The translations under genes were made by a program, and so were the position numbers. A stretch of DNA of 64,000 nucleotides, taken from positions 1,056-65,055 of the forward strand of contig JAWXUM010000008.1 in NCBI GenBank assembly GCA_044432645.1. The letters are read 5' to 3'. Of the stretch, positions 16,076 to 23,496 are shown piece by piece. The notes below the pieces were generated by a model that saw only the letters and a program-made list of their open reading frames with translations, had not been told where the DNA came from and did no database searches. Position 1 is the first letter of the stretch. Each line of letters opens with the position of its first letter. Source of the DNA: Clostridia bacterium. GTDB taxonomy: Bacteria > Bacillota > Clostridia > Oscillospirales > Acutalibacteraceae.

Positions 16076-17921
16076 AAAAATTAGTTTTAAAGAAAGAATA
16101 TCAATTACTTTAAGAGCAAAAGACACAATAAAAGAATATTGTCCTAACCTTATGCAAACGATATTTATACAAGCTATTGTAACTGCACTTCAACCTTTTG
16201 CAACTATTTGGTTTTCTGCACAAATAATCAACGAACTAACTAAAGGTGATAATTTAAAACTAGTTGTCTTTTATGCTGTTGTAGTTGTGCTTTTAAACTA
16301 TATAATATCTATAATAAAAGGTAGAGTTGATATTTTGCAAAGTGAACGTGAGTCACAAATGTGGTCATATTTTGATAAAATATTTACAGATAAGTTGCTT
16401 TCATTAGACTTTGCAGACCTTGAGAATTCAGAAATACAAAAGCAAAAAGCCAGAGCTAGAGAGAATTTATTTACATTTGGAAATGGTTTAGCACAATTTA
16501 TTTGGACTATAAATTCTACCATTCAAGCAATTGTAAGCATAACTGTATCAATTTTTATGACTGTTAATTTATTTGCTTCAAAATCAGATAATATGTTTTT
16601 AAATTCTCCTATTTGGATTTTAGTTTTAATTATGCTAATTTTATTTAGTGGATTAATTAATGCTAAATTGTTTCAAAAGAATGATACCTTGTTTAATAAA
16701 TGGTGCGACACTACAGTGGTTTTTAATAGGCTATTTAAATTTTTTGGTTTTACAATTTGTAAAGAAAACGACAGAGCCAAAGATGTACGTATTTATAGAC
16801 AAGATATTCTTGCCGACAAGGAACTATATCGTTTAGAAAAAACAGCAAATAAAGACAAAACTTATCAATTTCAAACATCAATGAATGAATTTTTAGCATC
16901 ATTGTCTATTGGTGTAAGTAATATTTGTTGTTATATGTTTGTAGTGCTAAAATCATTTTATGGTGCTTTTGAAGTGGGAAGTGTAATCGGATATGTTGCC
17001 GTCCTTGCTAGATTTACAAATGGATTACAACAACTTATTTTTGGTCTTACAGATAATGCTATTTATACAGTTCATTTAAAAAAGTTATTTGATTTCCTCG
17101 ACATTCCAAACAAAAAATATCAAGGAACTTTGCCAGTGGAAAAAAGATATATGTGTAATGACGGTGACAATGATTATGAGATTGAGTTTAAAAATGTTAG
17201 TTTTAAATACCCAAACACCACAGTTTACGTACTTAAAAACCTTAATTTCAAGCTTAAAATTGGTAAAAAACTTGCTGTGGTTGGAATGAACGGCTCTGGC
17301 AAAACTACTATGATTAAACTTTTAACAAGGCTATACGACCCAACAGAGGGTGAAATTTTGCTTAACGGAATAGACATTAAAAAGTATGACTACAAAGAGT
17401 ACATGAGCATTTTTGGTGTGGTTTTTCAAGATTTTAAGTTGTTTGCATTTACTTTAGGGCAAAATGTTGCTTGCTCTACCGAATATGACAGCAAAAAAGT
17501 TAAAGACTGTCTAATAAAATCAGGACTTAGCCAGCGACTTGCAAAAATGCCAAAAGGGATAGACACTTGCATTTATAAGAATTTTGAAGAAGATGGAGTG
17601 GAAATCTCAGGTGGCGAGGCACAAAAAATCGCCCTTGCAAGAGCCTTGTATAAAGACGCACCATTTATTATCTTAGACGAACCAACAGCAGCCCTCGACC
17701 CACTTGCAGAGTTTGAAATTTATTCAAAGTTTAACGAAATAGTAGGCGAAAAAACAACAGTCTATATTAGCCACCGATTATCAAGCTGTAAATTCTGTGA
17801 CAATATCGCCGTATTTGATAAAGGTGAATTAATCGACCAAGGCACTCACGAAGAACTTTTATCCAATGAAAACGGAAAATACACCGAACTATGGCACGCC
17901 CAAGCGCAGTATTATAATTAA
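16068..17921 (+). CDS. ABC exporter, fused permease/ATPase (subunit 2)
   Basis: Start moved to ATG 16068 (8-nt overlap with the previous gene). GMNGSGKTT, ISGGEAQK, FIILDEPT. Confidence 0.9.
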   Translation: MNEKISFKERISITLRAKDTIKEYCPNLMQTIFIQAIVTALQPFATIWFSAQIINELTKGDNLKLVVFYAVVVVLLNYIISIIKGRVDILQSERESQMWSYFDKIFTDKLLSLDFADLENSEIQKQKARARENLFTFGNGLAQFIWTINSTIQAIVSITVSIFMTVNLFASKSDNMFLNSPIWILVLIMLILFSGLINAKLFQKNDTLFNKWCDTTVVFNRLFKFFGFTICKENDRAKDVRIYRQDILADKELYRLEKTANKDKTYQFQTSMNEFLASLSIGVSNICCYMFVVLKSFYGAFEVGSVIGYVAVLARFTNGLQQLIFGLTDNAIYTVHLKKLFDFLDIPNKKYQGTLPVEKRYMCNDGDNDYEIEFKNVSFKYPNTTVYVLKNLNFKLKIGKKLAVVGMNGSGKTTMIKLLTRLYDPTEGEILLNGIDIKKYDYKEYMSIFGVVFQDFKLFAFTLGQNVACSTEYDSKKVKDCLIKSGLSQRLAKMPKGIDTCIYKNFEEDGVEISGGEAQKIALARALYKDAPFIILDEPTAALDPLAEFEIYSKFNEIVGEKTTVYISHRLSSCKFCDNIAVFDKGELIDQGTHEELLSNENGKYTELWHAQAQYYN

Positions 17922-17974
17922 AAATTAACGAAATATTTTTTGCTTTGTAACTAGCTATTCCATACTTAATGTGA

Positions 17975-18007
17975 TATACTCCTTGTTAACAAAAACAAAG
18001 GAGTATA
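17975..18007 (+). promoter_or_regulatory. SD-sequestering hairpin upstream of the 79-aa ORF
   Basis: Perfect 10-bp stem TATACTCCTT / AAGGAGTATA. The right arm contains the AAGGAG SD 5 nt before ATG 18012. Repeated at 63830-63862. Confidence 0.5.
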
Positions 18008-18011
18008 GAAA

Positions 18012-18251
18012 ATGGCGAAGTTTACACTGCAAGAATTTTACTTAGGCGATGAGTATAACGTTATGGGTGAGGCTGTAAAGGATTTACTTACAAATGGCTC
18101 ACCTGATTATGAAGAACGAACTGGAATTGAGCTACTCATAGCAAAGCATTCTATCAAAGCAGCAATTAAAATGATTGAAAAAGGCGATTTTATTTTAGAC
18201 CTAGAGTCTGAAATGAAATCGCTTTCGCTATATCTGGGGGTGATTGAATGA
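18012..18251 (+). CDS. Hypothetical 79-aa protein
   Basis: Good SD. ATGA overlap with the next ORF. A 33-aa in-frame deletion variant lies at 63867-63968. Confidence 0.55.
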   Translation: MAKFTLQEFYLGDEYNVMGEAVKDLLTNGSPDYEERTGIELLIAKHSIKAAIKMIEKGDFILDLESEMKSLSLYLGVIE

Positions 18252-18696
18252 AAATACTAGAAGAACTATATCACGGCAACATAAATCCTAATGTGAAATT
18301 TTACAAGCAAAATACTAACTACGCAAAAGCAATGGACATTATTGCAACAAATGAAGACAGATAGTCGAATAAGCCCCAAATCATCATATCTTGGTGGCTA
18401 AAATTTCGCCTATCTTCGTTGTCGTCAATCGTATACGCCAGTATTACTCATTCCTCCGCCTAAATAGACAAAATTTTATCTCACCAATATTCAGACGCTT
18501 TGGAGCTTAATCGACTATACTCCCAGCAATACTTAAAGGAACAGAGAAAAAAGTTTTTATGGAATACCTAGATGCACAAGCGATAGTTATGAGGGAAAGC
18601 AGCGTGGAAGAGTTTATCATAGGATTTAAACTAGGAGCTAAAATCACACTAGCAATGGTTTCAGAAGATGACAGAATTTTTAAAGATATAGTGTAA
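18248..18696 (+). pseudogene. Small LEELYHGNI-motif gene (DUF6809-like, tentative) interrupted by a MITE-like insertion
   Basis: 38 codons run into TAG at 18362, the first bases of the insert. The C-terminal part (ILPAILKGTEKK...FIIGFKLGAKI...) continues after 18517 in another frame. Confidence 0.55.
18362..18517. mobile_element. MITE-like 156-bp insertion
   Basis: Terminal inverted repeats TAGTCGAATAAGCCCCAAA / TTTGGAGCTTAATCGACTA (17 of 19 match), internal inverted repeats, no ORF. Confidence 0.6.
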
Positions 18697-18747
18697 AAAT
18701 AGTGAGCAAATTAAGGGTATGCGTTTAATCGACACCCTTTAGCTATA

Positions 18748-18780
18748 TCAAATTTTGGGGCGCTGTAATCAAAGAAAGAG
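18748..18780 (+). repeat. Cassette-boundary site, copy 4 (variant type)
   Basis: TCAAATTTTGGGGCGCTGTAATCAAAGAAAGAG. Followed by about 110 bp homologous to the sequence downstream of the integrase gene. Confidence 0.75.
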
Positions 18781-18830
18781 ATTTAGCAATATAGCTATTG
18801 AAACAACTAAAATATTAGAGGCTTTGCCAA

Positions 18831-18858
18831 TTGAATTTTTAGTTTGGTATGATATAAT
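18831..18858 (+). promoter_or_regulatory. Promoter of the HAD unit
   Basis: TTGAAT-N16-TGaTATAAT (extended -10). Homologous promoter at 22338-22365. Confidence 0.6.
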
Positions 18859-18897
18859 TGTGTATACAGATTATAATATAATAGGGGGACATTCAAT

Positions 18898-19503
18898 ATG
18901 ATAAAAGCTATTTTATTTGATTTTGACGGAGTACTAACTGTTGACAAGACAGGCTCTACCTCGATAACTAACTATATATCGAAAAAATGTAATATCCCTT
19001 TAAGTGATGTAAAAAAGAGCTATTACAAACACAATCATGCCTTATTAAAAGGAGAAATTGTTCATGAAGATATGTGGGATGAATTTTGTGGTGATTTAAA
19101 GAAAGAAATTTCATATGATATTCTCATAGAATCTTTTATCGAAACAAGACTTGATGAAGAAATGATTAATATTGTAAAAAATTTAAAACATCAATATTTA
19201 ATTGGCTTGATAACAGATAACAAGTTAGATAGGATAGATACTATTTTCAAAAAAGCAAATTTGTATCAATATTTTGATTGCATTGCAGTTTCTGCGGAAT
19301 TGAAAATAAATAAAGAATCAAGTGAAATGTTTGAATATGTTAGCAAACAGTTACAGGTGAAACCTAATGAATGTTTATTTATTGATAACTCAGAAAAGAA
19401 TTTAGTAATGCCAAATTCAATTGGTATGAAAACTATTCTTTTTGACGACGAGAAAAGAGACATAAAAAACTTTAATATTATATTGAATAACTTACTATTG
19501 TGA
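18898..19503 (+). CDS. HAD-superfamily hydrolase
   Basis: Motif I LFDFDGVLT. 201 aa. Confidence 0.85.
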   Translation: MIKAILFDFDGVLTVDKTGSTSITNYISKKCNIPLSDVKKSYYKHNHALLKGEIVHEDMWDEFCGDLKKEISYDILIESFIETRLDEEMINIVKNLKHQYLIGLITDNKLDRIDTIFKKANLYQYFDCIAVSAELKINKESSEMFEYVSKQLQVKPNECLFIDNSEKNLVMPNSIGMKTILFDDEKRDIKNFNIILNNLLL

Positions 19504-19555
19504 GCTATTTATTCAATAAAAAATCAATTTTAACCCACAAAATCCCAAAGGATTT

Positions 19556-19616
19556 AAAGCGTTTGAACATAAAAGTTAGCTAGGTAAGGGTAAGACACCA
19601 CCTAGTAAAGTTAAGG
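19556..19616 (+). repeat. About 60-bp dispersed repeat (R60), copy i
   Basis: AAAGCGTTTGAACATAAAAGTTAG...TAAGGGTAAGACACCACCTAGTAAAGTTAAGG. Related copies at 19958-20017 and 63733-63794. Confidence 0.6.
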
Positions 19617-19886
19617 CGAAAAATCGAAAGAATTCAAAGGCTTTTGAGCGTTAATTCAAACAAGTTTGCAAAGGATAAATAACCACAAGCGTAACAGCGA
19701 TTTTAAGTAGAGTTGCCCCAATCTAAGTCAAGGCAAAACGATTTATTATTTGCCCATAGAGTAGTTACACCACTAAAAGTTTTTAGGACAGACAACCACA
19801 ACTTTGGATAAGGAAATTTAATATTGAAAATAGGACTTTTACAAATAGTAGGAGTTCTATTTTTTATTGTTCTGTAAAATCAATTA

Positions 19887-19918
19887 TCAAATTTTGAGCC
19901 ATTGTAAACAAAGAAAAG
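19887..19918 (+). repeat. Cassette-boundary site, copy 5 (variant)
   Basis: TCAAATTTTGAGCCATTGTAAACAAAGAAAAG. Confidence 0.7.
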
Positions 19919-19957
19919 CGTTGCTACTTTTTATAGCAGATGATAAGCACATCAACC

Positions 19958-20017
19958 ACGTTTGAACATAGAAGTTGATATCCTAAGGGTAATACACCAC
20001 CTGGAAAAGTTAAGTCC
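19958..20017 (+). repeat. R60 repeat, copy ii
   Basis: ACGTTTGAACATAGAAGTTGATATCCTAAGGGTAATACACCACCTGGAAAAGTTAAGTCC. Confidence 0.6.
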
Positions 20018-20240
20018 AAAACATCAAGTGCATCACCATTGTTTTAAAAATGCTTAAAAATCCGTTTACTGTCCAGACATTGGGACAGTAAGGTCTGTAT
20101 AATATATTATATAATCCACTAAATTGTCAAAGTGAAATGCCTATCTTAAGAAAATTTTTATTTTTCTTAGGAACATTTTGCGTTGCAAGTGTCTTTATAT
20201 AGTGGAGAGTATTTTAATTAAAAAAAGAAAGGATGATTAA

Positions 20241-20480
20241 ATGAAAGAATCAATGTACAAAAGTTATGATGAACTGCCGTTGTTTTTAAATGCAAAAACT
20301 ATTTCACAGGTGTTAGGGATTGCACCATCTAGTGCTTATGAGTTAATGCATGAAGAAAGTTTTCCTGTTTTAAAAATTGGAAACCGAATGGTTGCTCCAA
20401 AAGAGAAGTTCATTATGTGGGTAGAAAAAAATAGCAAGCAGATAATTGAATTTTTAGTTTTTACAAGGTATGAGGTTTAA
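20241..20480 (+). CDS. Excisionase/MerR-type helix-turn-helix DNA-binding protein
   Basis: LNAKTISQVLGIAPSSAYELM...PVLKIGNRMVAPKEKFIMWVEKN. SD GAAAGGA. Confidence 0.7.
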   Translation: MKESMYKSYDELPLFLNAKTISQVLGIAPSSAYELMHEESFPVLKIGNRMVAPKEKFIMWVEKNSKQIIEFLVFTRYEV

Positions 20481-20512
20481 AGGCTGGTGAAATCGCTATC
20501 TATGCTTATTTA

Positions 20513-20827
20513 ATGTCGATTGAAAATCGAAAAACTTTTCAGTGCTACCCAAGTTATAAAACTATTGGTAGTGCAGTCGGAATGAGTGTAAATACTGTTC
20601 AAAAATATGTAAAAAGTTTAGAAGATAAAAATTTTATCTCAACAGAGTCAACTTCTATTTTTAGAAAAACTGGTGAAAAGGTAAACGGAAATTTGCTCTA
20701 TACAATTAAGCCAATAGCCGAAACTATCCAAACTTTCCACGAAAAGCAAATGGCAGAGTTTGACAGGCAAAACGCTATTTACCGATTTGAGAAGAAAAAC
20801 GACAGAGAATATATTATAGCAGGATAA
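20513..20827 (+). CDS. Winged-helix/HTH protein, probably N-terminally truncated
   Basis: CYPSYKTIGSAVGMSVNTVQKYVKSLEDKNFI. The family-typical ...IAIYAYL... segment lies in frame upstream of the first ATG, just after a stop codon. Confidence 0.5.
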   Translation: MSIENRKTFQCYPSYKTIGSAVGMSVNTVQKYVKSLEDKNFISTESTSIFRKTGEKVNGNLLYTIKPIAETIQTFHEKQMAEFDRQNAIYRFEKKNDREYIIAG

Positions 20828-20912
20828 AGTGACGTGGTCGTCGCAGTCACTTCGGACGGCAGTGCCGACCGTTTTTACTAGTAAACAAGCCATTCTTTAC
20901 GATTTAACTCAA

Positions 20913-21010
20913 GGTGGTCGGATTTTACAAACTGTGTCGGCTAGGTGGACGGATTTACAAGAAATCAAGGAAATAAGCCATTTTAAAGGTGGTCGACTAG
21001 GTGGACAAAC
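20913..21010 (+). repeat. Four direct GGTGG(T/A)C repeats upstream of the integrase gene (arm-type or iteron-like sites)
   Basis: GGTGGTCGGATTTTACAA 20913, GGTGGACGGATTTACAA 20944, GGTGGTCGAC 20988, GGTGGACAAAC 21000. Confidence 0.55.
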
Positions 21011-21105
21011 TAAATTTATCAAAATGTACACAGTTTATCATAAGTTTATATAAGATTAAACATTGAAATTATAGTATTGTTAAACTTAAAAAAAGGAGGG
21101 ATTTT

Positions 21106-22275
21106 ATGGCTAAACGTAGGGCTAATGGTGAGGGGAATATTCGCAAGAGGAGTGACGGACGTTGGGAAGGTCGGTATACTGCTGGGACTAATGCTGAAAC
21201 AGGCAAACAGATTTTTAAGAATGTTCTTGCCAAGACACAGGCTGAATGTAAGGAAAAATTAAAGCTTGCTATCGAGAATGTCAAGGGGATTGATGTTACT
21301 AAAACTGACAAATATAATGTTGGTGAATGGCTTGAAATATGGTTCGAGAATTATGCAAAAATCAAGGTTAGGGCAAGTTCTCACCAAACTTATATCGGTT
21401 ATATTAACAACCATATCAAGCCTAGAATTGGGGAAATTAAACTTAATAAGTTGACTAATTTGGACTTGCAAAAGATGTACAAGGACTTGCTTGAAAATGG
21501 CAGAGTGGTTAGGACAGAGAGCAAAAACCAATCAAGTGGACTTAGTGCCAAGACAGTTAGGAACATTCATCAAGTGGTTTCGTCAGCTTTAGAAACAGCT
21601 GTTTCACAAAAGTTAATCAGCTCAAACCCAGCTGAACATTGCCAACTTCCTAAAGCTGAAAAGAAAGAAATGCAGACACTCACAGCAAGTCAGCTAGAGA
21701 AATTTTTTATAGAGGCGAAAAACAGTGGAGTTTTTGAGCTGTATTATGTAGAAATTGCCACAGGTTTAAGACGTGGAGAAATTTTGGGTTTGAAGTGGAA
21801 AGATATAGATTTTGACAGCCAAACAATCACAGTTCACAGACAAATTATGAGAGTAAATGGCGAAATTATCGAAAGTCCACTTAAAACAAAAAATTCCTAT
21901 CGGAAAGTTCCAATAGGAGTTGATGTGGTTGAAATACTTAAATATTTAAAAGCAAATTCAACAAGTGAATATGTGTTCTGTAATAAAGAGGGCAATGCAA
22001 TCTCACCAGATAGTGTTCTAAATATGCTACACCGAGTTCTAAAAAGAGCGAACTTGCCAAAAGTAAGATTTCACGATTTAAGGCACACATTCGCAACACT
22101 TGCCTTGCAAAATGGAGTAGACATTAAAACAGTTTCATCAATCTTAGGTCACTTCTCAGCAGGCTTCACACTTGATACTTACACCCACGTAACCACAACA
22201 GCACAACTAAACGCAGCCAACACAATGAGTGGAATTTTACAAAATGCTACCATGTCAAAAATTGATACGCTGTAA
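21106..22275 (+). CDS. Tyrosine site-specific integrase
   Basis: 389 aa. N-terminal SAM-like domain. Catalytic residues in RRGEILGLKW, HDLRHTFAT, LGH and LDTYTHV. SD AAGGAGGG. Confidence 0.92.
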   Translation: MAKRRANGEGNIRKRSDGRWEGRYTAGTNAETGKQIFKNVLAKTQAECKEKLKLAIENVKGIDVTKTDKYNVGEWLEIWFENYAKIKVRASSHQTYIGYINNHIKPRIGEIKLNKLTNLDLQKMYKDLLENGRVVRTESKNQSSGLSAKTVRNIHQVVSSALETAVSQKLISSNPAEHCQLPKAEKKEMQTLTASQLEKFFIEAKNSGVFELYYVEIATGLRRGEILGLKWKDIDFDSQTITVHRQIMRVNGEIIESPLKTKNSYRKVPIGVDVVEILKYLKANSTSEYVFCNKEGNAISPDSVLNMLHRVLKRANLPKVRFHDLRHTFATLALQNGVDIKTVSSILGHFSAGFTLDTYTHVTTTAQLNAANTMSGILQNATMSKIDTL

Positions 22276-22287
22276 TCAAAGAAAGGG
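22255..22287 (+). repeat. Cassette-boundary site, copy 6 (overlaps the last 6 codons and stop codon of the integrase gene)
   Basis: TCAAAAATTGATACGCTGTAATCAAAGAAAGGG. The TAA at 22273-22275 is the integrase stop codon. Confidence 0.8.
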
Positions 22288-22337
22288 ATTTGGCAATATA
22301 GCCCACGACATCTATAAAATGTTAGGGGTTTTGTCAA

Positions 22338-22365
22338 TTGAATTATTGGTTTGATGTGGTATAAT
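22338..22365 (+). promoter_or_regulatory. Outward promoter downstream of the integrase gene, driving the S51 peptidase gene
   Basis: TTGAAT-N16-TGgTATAAT. Confidence 0.6.
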
Positions 22366-22408
22366 GTTATATAAAGATTATTTAAATTAGTTTTAGGAGG
22401 ATGGTACA

Positions 22409-23050
22409 ATGTCCGCAAGAATATTAACAAGCAATTTTGATAAAAATTTTCCAATTGATTTCGTAAATCGAATAAATGAAATAGTTATTAAACGAAATAA
22501 TTTTGCTTTTGTAGCATCTGATTTTTATAATCATCACGAAAAGACAGATAAATATTTCAATTTCTATTTAAATATGTTCATTTCAAATAAAATTAATTTT
22601 AATAATGCATATGTTGTCGATGGAAGAATGACAAAACAAGAAGCACAACAAGCCATTAGTAAAGCTGATGTAGTTTGGCTTGCTGGAGGAAATACACCTC
22701 TACAATATAAATGTTTGGAAGAATATGATTTGATTTACCCAATTCAAAGCAATAATGGTGTAATTATTGGAATGAGTGCAGGTGCTATAAATATGGGGAA
22801 AGTTGCAATTTGTTCTGTTACAGCCGAAGGTGGGGAAAAGCAAATTTATAAAGGGCTTGGAGTGGTAAGTATATCTGTTGAACCACATTACAATAAAAGA
22901 GGTATTTCAGATGAATTATCGAAAATTTCTCATGAATATTGTATATATGGTTTATGTGATGAAGGAGCTATTATATTTGTTGATGACAATATTGAAATTA
23001 TAGGTAATGTGTTTTTGATAAATAAAGGAGAAGCTAAACAAATATCCTAA
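22409..23050 (+). CDS. Peptidase S51 (dipeptidase E / cyanophycinase-like)
   Basis: VWLAGGNT...IIGMSAGAINMG nucleophile-elbow motif. 213 aa. Confidence 0.72.
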   Translation: MSARILTSNFDKNFPIDFVNRINEIVIKRNNFAFVASDFYNHHEKTDKYFNFYLNMFISNKINFNNAYVVDGRMTKQEAQQAISKADVVWLAGGNTPLQYKCLEEYDLIYPIQSNNGVIIGMSAGAINMGKVAICSVTAEGGEKQIYKGLGVVSISVEPHYNKRGISDELSKISHEYCIYGLCDEGAIIFVDDNIEIIGNVFLINKGEAKQIS

Positions 23051-23093
23051 AGACCTATTATGCACATTCTACGAATAATTTTAATAAACAAAT

Positions 23094-23130
23094 GGAGAAG
23101 TGACAAAAAAAGTCATTGCTCCGATTTTTT
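23094..23130 (+). terminator. Probable terminator after the S51 gene
   Basis: Imperfect stem GGAGAAGTGAC / GTCATTGCTCC followed by GATTTTTT. Confidence 0.4.
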
Positions 23131-23496
23131 AATTATATATGGGTCAAATGAAAATGTCTGCTTTTTTGGGTACGGTTTATTTCCCGTATGGGTCAAGTTA
23201 TGGGTCAGGGGTTGATTTATTTGAAAAAGGGTAAAAAAATAAAGGCTATTTAGTTAAATAAAAAGGTGGAAGCTTTTTATTATCGAGGAGCGTTGTCAGT
23301 GAAGAACCGACAAGTTTCTGCCTAAATAGACTTTATTTTTTATACAATTTAAACAAATTGTATAAGCTTTATGAACTTTGAGATAAAAATAAAGCTTACA
23401 TTATGCAAGCTTTACTTTTAAAAAGTTTGGTTGCGGAGATAGGGATTGATGTTGTATGCTCTTAGGGTTGGAACTTGACCCCCTACCACTTTTTAA

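Larger units (their letters stand above)
19887..22287 (+). mobile_element. Minimal tyrosine-integrase module bounded by site copies 5 and 6
   Basis: Direct repeats at both ends. Content is an excisionase-type HTH gene, a truncated winged-helix gene, GGTGG(T/A)C repeats and the integrase gene. Confidence 0.5.

Noticed and set aside
20066-20090. 9-bp-stem hairpin TTACTGTCC/GGACAGTAA as a terminator
   Set aside because: No U-run follows and no upstream gene ends nearby. It may be an operator or recombinase site, but I have no support for a specific call.
20829-21053. 74-aa GTG-start ORF between the HTH gene and the integrase gene
   Set aside because: It is built from palindromes and GGTGG(T/A)C repeats, has no SD and has an odd composition. 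I treat it as a protein-binding DNA region.
9863-22287. Classical integron (IntI, attI, attC)
   Set aside because: The integrase is not adjacent to and divergent from the minus-strand cassettes. The repeats are short direct sequences without the R''-L''/L'-R' imperfect palindrome of attC. I cannot verify the IntI-specific insertion from sequence by eye. The array is reported instead as a non-canonical cassette or serial-integration array.
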